Positions 22,432-35,018 of a stretch of 64,000 bases of DNA are shown in pieces. The notes below the pieces were generated by a model, which saw only the letters and a list, made by a program, of their open reading frames with translations, ran no database searches and was not told where the DNA came from. Origin of the DNA: Bilabrum cf. latius (Eukaryota). A program made the translations under genes and the position numbers. The first letter of the stretch is position 1, and each line of letters begins with the position of its first letter. The stretch covers positions 434,001 to 498,000 of the forward strand of contig OZ237751.1 of assembly GCA_965178125.1 (NCBI GenBank), read 5' to 3'.

Positions 22432-25400
22432 ATGTTATACTTGCTGGCTGCCCTTGCGGGCGCCGCAATGGCCTCAAGGGATGCGAACCTCTTGTGCGAT
22501 CACACCACGGAAGAAGCACCGAGCGGTCTCTGCGACCAATTACATGAGCTGCAGGCTGCAGAAGGCGAAATAAGTGTAGTATCTGCCTCAAAAAATATTC
22601 AACTTGTGTATGGTGGTGATGATGGTGAGATGACTCAGTGTGATTCAGTGGCGCATGTGCTTGGCATCTCGATAGTTTCTGTCCGCAGCGTGCAATTGTA
22701 TCTCGCACTATGTACTAGCACGCAGGAGGGTATGTTGTGCATGGATAGGATGGATCGTCCGGGCAGTCCTTTCGGTCCGTGCCAAGTGCAGATACCACCG
22801 ATGAGGAGCTTTCAGCCTGGGCTGCATTTCGCGCCGGGTCTGGAGGCAGCGGAGCGCTGGCAATAGCCTCCGATAGAACCGGGCCAAGTCTGTTTCCCAA
22901 TGAATTTCCAGCTGAGCATGGTTCGCGAGCTGGTGGCGTCTCCGACAATGCATCGCTGAGCATGGGCCTGCTAAGGGACCGCTCGCTCACCTACACGCAC
23001 ACGCTTGTGCCGGCTCCCAACGCCAATTCCCTCCCGTTGCCGGCTTTTGTGCCCCCATCTATCGACGGAGCCCCGCAATACGTAGCCGTGGAGATATCCT
23101 ACTGGCAGCACGAGGCGAACGAGGGCTTCAGAGGGCAGCTTGCCGACGCGCGCATGCACATGCAGCTGGTCAGCCCCAGCGCACTGGAAGGGGACCGGAA
23201 TGAGCCGAACGAACACATCAACATCACCACCCCGGTGCATTCCATCGACCAAGCTGGTCTGGGCCGGGTGAACCGCTGGAGGATGGGCTCATCCTCCGCC
23301 TCCGCCTCGATCAGCCCGGCCCTAGCAGGCGACGCGACGGGCAGACAGGGCTCCTCGCAGCGCGTGGTTGAGCTGGTGCCTCGGGACGTGAACGCATCGG
23401 ATGGAAGGTTCGTGAAGCTGGCAGCGATCGCGCGGGTGGAATCCTCCTGCGACGACCGCGCCGCGACCACGAACGAGCCTGAGTGGGTGCAGCGGCAAGA
23501 GGATTCTAGGCGGGGAGGCAGGCCTCGTGGCTGCATCGTGGTGCTGACCCAGGACGCCCGCAGGCACCTATGGATGGGCCACATCACGCGCACCATCGCC
23601 TACGCGAACCTCACGATCGCTCTGCTGCGAGGAACAGCCCCTCAGAGGGGGGAGCCCCAGGACGCCCACGCCCACCACCACTATGCCCGGCTGCCCGAGC
23701 ACCCCTCCGTGCTGCAGATCCGAGCCAGGAGCTCTGACTCTGCAGCCACCTACAACGGCTTCGGCGCGTTGGGGGCGGGTTAGCCAGCGTGGCCTATCCG
23801 ACCAGCCCTGGCCGCGTGCCCCCACGACACGGCTGGGGCAGTGTCCTGGGACGCAGCAAGCACCTGGAGCAGGACTGGTGCGGCTGTCGCGGAGCTCGCT
23901 CCAGGGGGCACCCCTGCCGATTGGGCCGACGTCACGCTGCCCGAGAACACCGTGGTGCTGATTGGAAGGGGTGCCTTGACCGAATCAAATCAGATCGGTG
24001 CGAGGCTTCTGGGGACAGTGCGCGTGCCACCTGGATCTGCTCTCGTGATCGAAGACAGCGGAACCTCTGGTCTTCTCACCAGCGGGGAGCAGGATCCTGT
24101 CGACGGCACGGCAGCGTCACTCACCCGCCCGATCGGCGTGGTCATTCACCAGCGCGGCGGTACCATCGCGGGTCACGGGAACGCCCGCGTGGCTGTGGGC
24201 GGGCCGGGCTGCCGGTACAGCGGGCAGCTGCGCTGGGTGATTCACGGCAATAAGACTGCGCACGGAAATCCCACGGATGATCCCTCTTAGGACAGAAGCG
24301 CCTCACAAGTGCCCACCAAGGGCATCGTGGTGACGGGTGCCGGGAGCGCTCTGGATCTCCACGGGAGAGAGACTGCGCGCACCTGGACCTGGCTGGCGCA
24401 CTCGGCCCGGCCGGGCGACTCCGTCGTTTACCTGCAGCACCCGCTGGCCAGTGCAAAAACTGGTGACCAAATCGTGCTCACGACAAGCAGGCATAGGGAC
24501 TACTTCGAAGACACGCACGGCAACGAGGTCGCGACAGTGCAGGAGGTGCGAAGCGGCGGCTTGGAGCTGCGGCTGACCAGAGTCCTTTCCGAGATGCACT
24601 GGGCCGGCAGGGAATACCAGGCAGAGGTTGGCCTGCTGACCCGCAACGTAGTCATCGAGGGTGGAGCCGCGCCTGGCGCACTCATGGATGGAGATGACCC
24701 GGAGGGCGACCGCTTCGGAGCCCACACGATGGCTGGGTTTGACGCGGTTCTGCGCGCGGATGGGGTGCAGGTCCTGAGGGGCGGGCAGCGCAACCAGCTC
24801 GCGAGGTATCCGTTTCACATGCACATCCTCAGCGGATGGGCGGGCAACGGGTCCTACGTGCGGGGGTGCTCCGTGCAAGACTCCTTCTTCCGGGCTGTGA
24901 CTGTGCACGGGACGAACGAGGCGCACGTTGAGCGGCTGGTGGCATACAATGTGGCTGGCAATGCGGTGTATATGGAAGATGGCTTGGAGGAGCGCAACGT
25001 GATCGAGTTCAATCTCGTCGCCCGTGTGATGGCGATCGGGGCGTGGGCGGCAGGCGGCGCCCAGGCGGGGGAGCGCTTCTGCGCGGGATGTGTGACACCG
25101 AGGAGCGGATACCAGCCGTTCACGAGGTCGCAGCTGGTGCAGGGGGCTGACACGGCAGCGTCACCCTTCTACTTTCCCAACATGTACAACGTGGTGCGGG
25201 GCAATGTGGCGAGCGGGGGCTGGTCGGGTTTCTCCTTCCCAAACATGCCGCGAGCGATGGGCCTGGCAGTTGGCTCCGGCGTGTCCAACGCGCAGCCCAT
25301 CAACCGCCCGGTGTTGGAGATGCATGGCAACATCGCGCACTCGTCAGGAATGACGTGGCCCACGGGAGCGTCGATTTATCTGGGTGGTGAGCTGCAGTAC

Positions 25401-27836
25401 CGTGAAGAGGACGACGTGAACTCGGGGATCACGTACAACAGCGGGCGCGTGGGCCGACGCACACGCTGGCCCGACGGCTCCAATGTGCCGACGTTCTTCA
25501 ACGACACGAGGACTCATCTGTGCCAGCAGGCACAGAACCACTGGGGTACCGCCGTGGAAGTGCACAGAGCCGAGGTATACGACTGCTTCCAGGGCCCCGT
25601 GCTCTTCGGGGAGGCGCTGCTGCAGGACGCATGGTTGCAGGGCAGGACAGACAACCCGGTGGCAGCCGACGACGTCAATCGGCGCAGGGGTTTCCAGTAC
25701 TACGACACGAGCGTGCGAACATTGCTAAGCAACGTGACGTTTGCGAGATTTGAGCGGGATGATGAAGCCGCCCTGCTGACCATGACACACTCGGACCACT
25801 TCACCAACCAGGCCATCAACTGCGTCCAAGAGGCCACGTTCGTGGACGTGGCCCCCGCGAATCGGATCGTTCAGGTCAACATGGCAGAACACGCGCTGCA
25901 TGCCCGCCAAGCAAACAGAGAGACGGGCGCAGCTCGACGCAGCAACATTGTAGACTTTGACGGGTCGGCCTCGGGGTGGGGCGTGCCCACGATCATCGGG
26001 TCGCACCTCGAGTGGTGGGACGCTGGCCCGGGCTGCCATCGGGACTAGGTGCTGGGCATGTGGATGTGCGACCTGGATCCAGCTGCGGATCCTGCCCTGC
26101 GGCACGAGCTGCCGGACTGGCTGCGGGCAGGCGTTCAGGCTGCCGCGAGCAGCTCGCTTCGGCTTCTTCCTGAACGTGCAGGCAACCCTAGTGCCTGCTC
26201 TTCTTCCGCATGCGCGAGTCACGATGAGACAGGCGACATCCTGCGATCCGTGGCACTGTCGCACCCCTTCACGCGTGACTGGAGGACAATTTCGCCCACT
26301 GCTCGGCACGTCGCTCACGTGAGTCTCCACATTCCAGGGATGATGCGAGGCAGTGCGGACAGGGATCACGACCACACCTACGGGTACTGGAGGAGGCTGA
26401 CAGACCCACTGACGGCGAGCCGGAACCGGACGCTTCCGTTCACGCTGAACAGCGGCGTGACGGGCATCGGCAACACTGGCTGGCGGCTTCACCTGGACCA
26501 CTACGGGGCCTCGCCGAGCCATTTCTCCCTGCGCACGCCACAGATCGACCGGGGTCGCTTCGTGGTCATGGTGCTCCGATACCCGCCCGGGACCACGATC
26601 CACCGAGTCTCCCTCGTACAGCTGTGGTTCGGAGGTCCCTTCGAGGAGGAGGTGCCAGTGGCCCGGTCCATCGATGAGATCATGGACGAGCATGAGAGGG
26701 TACCTTCCGTGGAGGAGGTCACACGGCTGTGCCAGGGGCAGAGGAACGGCTTGTGCTCCGCGTTCATCGACGGCAACCACACGGATGCGGGTCCCAAGGT
26801 GTTCTTTGACGAGTCCACCGGGTACCTCTACCTCAGGATGGTCAACCTGTACCACTACATGGCCGGAGGGCAGGCCTACTCGCGGAACTGGTACTACTCG
26901 AGGCAGGGCATGTGGCGCACGGGATCCGATTTCTGGCACCGGCTCACGGTCAACATGAGCTGCCCCGAGTAGTACAGAGAAAAACACGCGAGCCCCCACC
27001 TTGGCTATCCGGGGTACAACGCAGAGGAAACCGTGGATCTCTGTAGGACCGCGCCTGTAGACACAACGCCACCGTGGTCCGTCTCCGCTGCTGATGCAGC
27101 AGCAGCAGCAGGAGCAACGGCAGCAGGCGGCAACAGGCGCAGCCTCCGCCGCTTGCAGGCTGCTGGCAGCGGCATCACCGGCAGCCTGCCTCTGAGGGAG
27201 GGGGACTTCCCACCCGGCTGGCTCTCGGTGCAGCCTTCTGCCGGCAGGGTGCAGCCCATGGTGGAGTTGGCGCACGCCCGCGTTGTCGCCTCGCCCTCGC
27301 CCACTCCAAGCGCGACTCCCAGCCGTTCGCCGTCGCCAAGCGCGTCCTCCTCCTCGCCTGCCATGCCTCCCGGCACATCTGCCAGTCCCAGCCCGGGGTC
27401 CCTCGGCTCGCCAGGGGACGGGAGTGGTTCCCCTGGCGCTGACGGGGATTCGAATGGCGAGGGTGACGACGGCCTGTCCGCGGGGATCATCGCAGGTGCA
27501 GCGGTGGGCGGCGTGGTGGCTCTGGCCGCGATCGGGGCCGCGGTGTGGTGGCTCGCGGGAAGCCGCGCAGGCAGGTCCGCCTCCAGGCGAGTGTCAAGTG
27601 CGAGCCCCGGTGGGAAGGACGGGACCAAAGGTGGTGCGTACCAGGTGGCTGGAAATGGCGTGACGAGTGGACCCAGGATGCCTTACGAGGCCGACAGCAA
27701 GCAGGCTGCTGGCGACGGTGCGCACGCCGGTGGGAGGCGAGCCATGGCAAAAAGGAACGGCAACTTCTCGGTGCAGAATCCTATAGGAGCATCGGGCCGC
27801 AACCAGGCGCTCCCTTTGGGGAATCGGCGCGCGTGA
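22432..27836 (+). CDS. G8-domain / CEMIP-TMEM2-like beta-helix type I membrane protein, about 1780 aa; probable intron 22730-22791
   Basis: Signal peptide MLYLLAALAGAAMA. G8 region (TKGIVV...LDLHG...TWTWLA); AEVGLLTRNVVIEG, FGAHTM, GQRNQLARYPFHMH, SFFRAVTVHGT, GNAVYMEDGLEERN; S/P-rich stalk; TM IIAGAAVGGVVALAAIGAAVWWL. 4 TAGs; ends TGA TGA. Confidence 0.85.
22730..22791 (+). other. Probable spliceosomal intron (62 nt)
   Basis: GTATGT...GTGCAG. Removing it puts the signal-peptide exon in frame with the main ORF; no conserved motif confirms the junction. Confidence 0.6.
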
Positions 27837-27870
27837 TGACTCGGAGCTGCAAGCTAGAGTGCTTTTTCGG

Positions 27871-27904
27871 TCTAGTCTAGTCTAGTCTAGTCTAGTCTAG
27901 TCTA
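27871..27904. repeat. (TCTAG)n pentamer microsatellite in 3' flank/intergenic DNA
   Basis: Six perfect copies at 27871-27900 plus a partial copy. Confidence 0.95.
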
Positions 27905-28022
27905 CGCACCTCTTAAAATTGCGGAGTTTGTAGTTCTTCTTTGCAAATCTGCTCACTACAGCTAAACCTTCCCACGGAGGTCTGCAAGCAAGCGTCACGC
28001 TAGACGGTATCCTGATTTTGCT

Positions 28023-29366
28023 ATGCGAATTCCCAAGATCCTCGTGGTGTTTGGACACGGTGCAGGAGCAAAGTCTGGGCACCCTTGGATGCAATCATGG
28101 GCAAAACGTTTGGAATCTTTGAGTTTGCCAGGAAAATCTCAGATATCGGTGCGTCTTTTTGACTTTAAAGGCAACCGGATACCGAGACTTGCCGAGCAAA
28201 TGCTCGAGCAGGCGCAATAGCTTGCTGCAGCACACTTAGATCAGGCAGACATGGAACGATCAGTCATTTTACTGGCTGGAAAATCGATGGGGTCAAGGGC
28301 AGCGTGCTAGCTAGCCATGGATCTCGTTGGAAAAGGCGTGGAATCCGTTTCAGGCTTCAGGCTCGCAGGTGTTGTAGCCTTTGGGTACCCCATGGTAGGA
28401 GGCAAGGGAGCAATTCGAGATGAATGGGTTCGCAAACAAACGCTGCCGCTGCTGCTGTGCTCTGGCACGGCAGATCCCATGGGTCCTGTGGATCTCCTGC
28501 GAAGGATCGGAGCCCAGGCTGGAGGAAAATGCGACTTGCACCTCACAGAAGGTGGCAATCACTCCATTGTAGTTCCTCCTAGCAAGCTCAAGAAGCGTGG
28601 CGAAACCGCAGACGAGAGTGACGCTCGCATCGCTAGCGCCGTGCGATGGTTCCTGCTCCGCCGGTGTGGTTTCCCCGGCAAGCTTCGAGAGCCCACCAAC
28701 CACTGGCATGCTGCTGCAAGCAGCACCGGGATAGAGGGAAGTATGCCTGGAAGGCGCCCTCAAGGGCTAGAGACGCTGTCTGCTGCGCCGTCGTCATCAG
28801 CAGCAGGATCAGCAGCAGGGTCATCATCCTCGTCCTTTTCGTCAGCGGCTGCCTCAGGCGTCGCAGCAGCAGGCAAGATAAGGACTCCAGAGACTGGCGA
28901 AAAACTAGGGGCGTCAAAGAAAAGCCGATCCATCAAGTCCAGCCGAAAATCAAGGGGAGGGGCAAGGGGAGGGGAGGGGGGAGGGGCAAGGGGAGGGGCA
29001 AGGGGAGGGGCAAGGGGAGGGGCAAGGGGAGGGGCAAGGGGAGGGGCAAGGGGAGGGGCAAGGGGAGGGGCAGGGGCAAGGGGAGGGGCAAGGGGAGGGG
29101 CAAGGGGAGGGGAGGGGGGAGGGGTGAAGGAGGGGGCATCAGCCGCTGGGATAGGGAAAGGGGGCAAAGCCACCACGTCACTCGGGAGGAAGCGCAGGAG
29201 GGCGCCATCCGCTGGCAGGGCCCCTGGCACGAAAACCGGGATTGGATCGAGGGCAGGGGCAGGGAGCCACAGCAGAGGCAACTCGAAGGCGGCCACGAGC
29301 GGGGCAGGATCGAAGGGTGCAACGGCGGATGGCAGCCAGAGGCGGTCCAAGCGACGTAGGCAGTGA
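28023..29366 (+). CDS. KANSL3/TEX30-like alpha/beta hydrolase with an RGG-like (GGAR)n basic tail, about 447 aa
   Basis: VFGHGAGA; nucleophile elbow LAGKSMGSRAAC*; FGYPM; GTADPM (acid); GGNHSI (His). 2 TAGs (28218, 28308); ends TGA TAA. Confidence 0.85.
28951..29120 (+). repeat. Purine-rich 12-bp tandem repeat (GGAGGGGCAAGG)n encoding GGAR
   Basis: Directly visible G-run repeat with a few variant units. Confidence 0.9.
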
Positions 29367-29509
29367 TAAAGTGTTGCGGTACAGTGCCGGGAAGGGCCGT
29401 CCAGCCTGACCCAATTGTAGCGAAACACTAGTATTTAGTTCCGGGATTTCGCGGCGCCTGGACAATCCCATTTCACCAGCACAATGTCACCTCTCACATT
29501 TAGGCACTC

Positions 29510-31770
29510 ATGTAGGCTGACCATTGGCAATGCCAACGCTGCACAACTTTTAACGAACCGACGTTTCTGGCTTGCTCTATGTGCCGATGGCAGCGCGTTG
29601 GAACGGCAGGTACGACCTCAGCAGGTGCAGGAACGGGGCCTGAATTGGCAGGCTCCAACCTGCTGTTGATAGACGTAAGTCGCTACAAAAGCTTCAAACC
29701 GGACATGCATGTAATATTTGTGCTGAAATTCGTTCTGTGTCTTCTTTTAACCCTTGCGATATTTCGCAGGATCCCGTGCTGCGCGCATCCATGGAAGCTG
29801 TGTGTGGACCATCCCCGTCTGCGTCAGTGCTGGTTCGGACCCTGCGATAGAACGATCAAGATATTCCAGAGCAGCTCGCTGCAGCAGTAGTCGCAGAGTA
29901 GGACGCTATCGTTCAAACGCAAGATCTTCGACCGGCGGGTGTCGAACGCACCACCGACGACTGGCCGTAGCAGGCCAGAGTTCGCGGTCCAATTCAGGTA
30001 CAGGTCCCATTTGTATCGGAGGCTAGGCCAAATCGACTACGGAGACGCCTTGCGGCTGCTCGGGGCGCCAAGCTACTGGGGCCTACTGAAATTCGCAAGG
30101 TAGCTGCCTCCGAGGCAGGTAGAGAACTCAATGACAGGCTTGCCTCGGACGCGAAGGCAGAGCCCGACTAGATTTTGCAGCGAGCAAGGCAATTCGAGCG
30201 GATAGCTGGTCCAATTTCCGCTGAGCCCACGGTGAGCGAGCAACTCGTGGACCGCATGGTCGAACAGGTATTGCCAGCTCGGGAGGCAGCTGGTTCTGCG
30301 GCTCGTGCTGCATCCGGTCCAGAGTCCAGTGCAGCAGCAGATGGAGAAGATCAGGGCGCTGGGACCGGTGCGCTGGATGGAGCGGCCGACGCCACGGCTG
30401 CCGGTGCGGTCCCCGCCGATGATGCCGCCGGCCCCGCCACTGGAGCCGGCACCGGTGACGGTGGCCCAAGCTCTGCGTCAGCCACTGGCATGGGCACCGA
30501 GGCGCGAGACAGGGCCAAACGCCTTGTGACGGACCTCATGAACTGCGTGCTCGGACTAAATGCCATTTTGCAGCGCGAAAGGATCAGCAGGAAGGCGCTC
30601 GAGACGGCACTGCTGGACGAGAGGGCAGCTCACGCCGTGGGTACGGGCGCGCTCTTGCACCACTGCGGGGCGACGCTGGAAGGCCTCAAGAAAATCTCCC
30701 CCGATCTGAGTGAAGCGATCGGTCCGCTCGGAGAGGGCGCTGTCGCTAGGTGCAGGGCACTGCGGAACCAGACAAGGTAGCTCCAGCCGCAGTCAGTGGC
30801 CCCTAGAGGCGGAGGATCCGCCCCCGGTGGAATCGGCCCTCACAGCTCCACCGGCGGCAGTGGCGCTGCCCGCGGGGGCGCCGGTGGCTCCCATCCACCT
30901 CCGGTCGTGGTCGCGCCCCGACGACAACGTGTAGTGCCCAGCGGGCCTCCGCCGATGCCCACCATGCCGACGGCTGCCCAGCAATCACAGCCGGCGGGCA
31001 CGGGAGATGGTGGTCCATCGGGGCCCATCGTCCTGCCCCCGCCCGGCAGCCATCAATTGACCGGGGCAGGACCAGCGACCGGGCATTGGCAACAGGCTGC
31101 CAGCGCCCCTGCTCCTGCCCCGCTGCAGCTGGAGAAGCTGAACGACCCAGTGGACGCATGTGTCGAGGATCCCGGCGATTTCGCAGCTCTGGGTTGGCAG
31201 GCGTATGCCGCGACAGAGGCTCAGCCGCGGCTCGCACGCACGGGCAGGGAAGCCATCTCTGCCCTTGCACAGCATGTGAGACGCTTCAGGCTGCTCCAGC
31301 AGGGGCACGAGCTGCAGCGGTCCAGAGGTGCCGAGCTGCTCGTGGGTGCGCGCAAGCGGGACCACCTGCAGAGGCACATCGTCGAGTGGCGGAGGAACAA
31401 GGCGCACGAGAAGGAACAGGCATAGATCAGGGACATGGTGGAGAGAGGACAGCCTGTCTCCATTGCGCAGCTCAACAAAACGCGCGTTTCATACGCAAAG
31501 GCAAGGCAGAATCCCTTCCTCGCTGCATGCCCAGTGTGCTTCACAGGCCCGTGCCAGATTGACAATACATACGTCGGTCCGTGCCGCGAAAAGCACATGT
31601 TGTGCCTACCGTGCATGCAGCACCACGCCGCGAGGCTGATTCGCTCGGACATATCCCGGATCACGTGCGGGCATGAGGGCTGCGATGCGGTGATCGACCA
31701 GGCGGACGTGCTTGCTATTCTGAGCGATGAAGACCTGCTCAGCAGCTACAGGGCACTCCTTGGCACCTGA
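29510..31770 (+). CDS. RanBP2-type zinc finger plus RING1-only protein; truncated paralog of the downstream RBR ligase, about 721 aa; intron 29675-29769
   Basis: M*ADHWQCQRCTTFNEPTFLACSMC (RanBP2/NZF finger; codon 2 is TAG). Phase-0 intron GTAAGT...TTCGCAG. C-terminal CPVC...CREKHMLCLPC...CGHEGC, then TGA. Colinear with 31943-34703; 7 TAGs. Confidence 0.75.
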
Positions 31771-31942
31771 AGGCAGGGCAGTTGACCGGATGGGTGAAGA
31801 TTTTTTGCTGGGCGAACCTGCAACATGCGGCAGGGAGAAGGTGGGCGAAACTGTCCTTCAAGTGACTTGTAACCGGAACCTCCAGAATGCCTCCCTGAGG
31901 ATCCATCCTTTTTCGCGTTTAAACTTACAAACTATCATCGAA

Positions 31943-34703
31943 ATGGAAGGACAGCAATGGAGATGCTCATGCTCGCTTCTTAATTCGTCTGATCACTTGG
32001 CGTGCTCGGCTTGTGGCCAGGAGAGGCAGTAGGATCGCGGAGGAGGAGGCGACCATTCGGTCGCTGCAGATGATCTCTTCGCGATGATTCCCGTAAGATT
32101 GTTTGATATTAATTCAATTGGCGCATTGTCATAGCTGGTGGGGTAACCGGTAGTGGTCTCTCTATCCAAAAAATCGTTCGCAGAACGCGGACCACCAAGC
32201 TTTCGCTCGAGTCGAGCTAGGGCAGTAGCCAACCGCAGCGTAGGTCATGGCCTTCCTAAGGAACAACCATCTCCCAGTTTCCGATGCTCTTCTTGCCCTT
32301 AGCGTGGCGTAGAGTGACAGCAATGCCCGTTCTGCAGTATTGTCCTCGGCCGCACCCGGTCAAAGCCATGCTGTAGAGACCTCTGTGGAACAGACCAGTC
32401 TATCTTGGAAGCAAAAGCTAACGAGGAGCATCGCAAATGATCGAAAATTTCAGGAGATCACGCCAGATTAGATATGCGCTTCCGCGCTCCACCTAGCACA
32501 AGACGAGTTGAATGGCAAGCTCGCGGCTGCTACCCAGTTGGATGCTGCTGCGATTCTCAAGGCGGCCAATGAAGAGGAGCAAGGCAAAGAAGCAATGAAA
32601 ACAGCGCCCCAAATAGCTGCTATCCGCGCGTACCCGGAAAGTTTGCACATGGACGAAGCAGCAGCAGCAGCGGCGGCGGTAGCGGCAGCGGCAGACGCAG
32701 CTGAGGCCGCTCGAGCAGCCATGCCAAGGGCGGGCACTGATCGGGATCAGGAAGCGGCAGCTGGGGAAGCTTCAAATACTACGGAGCTACAGGCTGAAAA
32801 TGGTGGTGGTGCCGCTACTGCCGGCGGGACAGATGGCCAGCAGGAGCAGTAGCAGGATCCGGCGACAGCGACTGCAGCAGGGGCTGGGGCAGAACCAGCT
32901 GCTCCCGAAGGCGAGCGAGGCGGGGCGGCATCGGGCGCGGGCGGCGAGACAGACGCAGAAATGGCGGCTCGTCTCGCCGCCGAGGACGGCCACGGGCTTC
33001 ACGGGGCATTCGGCGAGATGGGCGGCATGGGTGGTCAATCCGCTCGTGCCGCCATCCAGGGCCTGTACGCCTGTTTTCAAAGGGAGAGGATCCGGTCGGA
33101 AGCACTAGCCCAGGCACTTGAGGACGAAAGAGAAGTCCGGGCGGCGCACACCGGGGCGCTGTTGCACTAGTGCGGCGTGGCGCTGCAGGGCCTCAAGAAC
33201 AGCGTGCCGCAGCTGGGCAGTGTGATAGGCCCACTCGGGGAGATTGCCATGAAGAACGCCGCCATCGCCAGGCAGGAAACGAGAAGACTTCTGGTTGCAG
33301 ATCCTGGGACTGTGGCCGATGAAGCTGTCGCTGCAGCTGCTGGTACGCGCGCGGGATTCGGTGCCGCGCAACAACGGGAGCCAGCCGCATCCGCCAGCAG
33401 CATGCCGCTGAGGCGCCGCGCAGCGCCCTCTGCGCCCCCTCCGATGCCGGTAGCCTTTCCCCAGTATGCAACGGGGTCGCACGCACCCGTTGATCCGACT
33501 GCACCACCGGGTGTCATCGTTCTCCCGCCACCAGGGAGCCGCACGGGTGCAGGACAAGCGACAGGGCATTGGCAGCAGGCTGCCAGCGCCCCTGCTCCTG
33601 CCCCGCTGCACCTGGAGAAGCTGAACGACCCAGTGGACGCATGTGTGGAGGATCCCGGCGATTTCGCAATCAGCGTGAGGAGAAAGGACCGGCAGTCCAT
33701 TCGCGAGGCGGTGTCTGCAGACCGCACCCTGGGGCTGGCCGGCACTGCACGCGAAGCCATTAACTGCTTGCAGGCGCAGGTGCTTCAGTACAGGATGCTG
33801 CAAGTCAGGGAGGCACGAATGCAGCTGCGAGACATGCGGAGGCTCCGAACCATCAAAGTGCAGCTGGGGATCGAGCGCTGGAAGGACGAGTCCAAGAACG
33901 GCAAGGTGTTCCGCGATCAGCAGGCCGAGATTCGGAGGATGATCCGGACAGGGCAGCGGGTACCCGTGGGAGCCAGGAACCTGTTGCGCCTGACCCGGCA
34001 GCAAGCCGCCGCAGATCCGTTCCTGGAGATGTGCGACGTGTGCTACGTCGGTCCGTTTGCCGTGGGCGATACGTTCGTGGCGCAGTGTGGGCACAAGCTT
34101 TGCGTGGGCTGCACGCAGAACCACACGGCGCACTGCATCCAGAGCAACCAGGCGGTTGTCGAGTGCTTCGCGCACGATTGCGATCAGATCCTTGGCGGGC
34201 CTGACGTGCGAGCCATCCTGGCGGGACACGCGGAAGAGGACAAGCTGATCGCCATGTACGACGAGGTGCTCGCGAAGCGCGCAATCGAGTCGATGGGCAA
34301 GTCCATCCAATGTCCCAACAAGGAGTGCAACGACGTGCTTCTACTGGAGGAGGGCGCGGGGGGCGAGGGCGACGAAGCCGGCAAGGTGAAGTGCCTCTCC
34401 TGCAGCAGCGAGTTCTGCCACAAGTGCAAGGTGCCGTGGCACAAAGGCTCGACCTGCGAAAAGTTCCAGCAGTGGCTCAAGGAGAACGGGAGCGCCGACG
34501 AGAGCTTCAAGCAGTGGCAGCTGGACAGGCAGACCAGGGCGTGCCCGTATGCCGACTGCGGGGCGATTGTGGAGAGAACGGGCGGCTGTAATCGCCTGGG
34601 CTGCAGGTGTGGAAGGAATTTCTGCTACAGGTGCGGGTATAAGCTGGTGAACGGTTACGCCGACTTCGGCATCGCCGGTCACCCGTGCCCTGTGCACGGC
34701 TGA
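31943..34703 (+). CDS. RBR (RING-IBR-RING) E3 ubiquitin ligase with an N-terminal RanBP2-type zinc finger, about 889 aa; intron 32093-32183
   Basis: WRCSCSLLNSSDHLACSAC; RING1 CDVC...CGHKLCVGC...CFAHDC; IBR CPNKEC...CLSCSSEFCHKCKVPWHKGSTC; RING2 CPYADCGAIVERTGGCNRLGCRCGRNFCYRC. Phase-0 intron GTAAGA...TTCGCAG; 7 TAGs; ends TGA. Confidence 0.88.
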
Positions 34704-35018
34704 GCCCAACTTGAAGCTGCGCGGTCGACGAAGGCCCGTCTTTGTGGACGAAGTTAGCTGTAGCCTGCGGCACACGCGGAGAACGATAGAACTAGAGCAG
34801 TTACGGGGTCCAGCGAACGGTCAGACTGAGTAGCGGCGTACAAGTCACCAAGTTCCCGGGGCTGCCCCCGTCGAATGAGCGAGGACTGCGGGCTTCGTGT
34901 AGCAGAATCCTGCAAACGAGCTGACTAGTGCAGCATATTGCAACAGCTTTCTATCCAGTATTCAGTGCTTTGTTTTTTTAAATGCTAAGTCGAGCGGCTA
35001 AGGGTTCAACCAACCCGA

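Noticed and set aside
25725-27275. Long antisense or alternate-frame ORFs (e.g. 25725-27275 -, 33105-34310 -, 60156-61385 -, 7300-8418 -, 1634-2692 -)
   Set aside because: They are shadows of GC-rich genes on the opposite strand and show no recognisable motifs.
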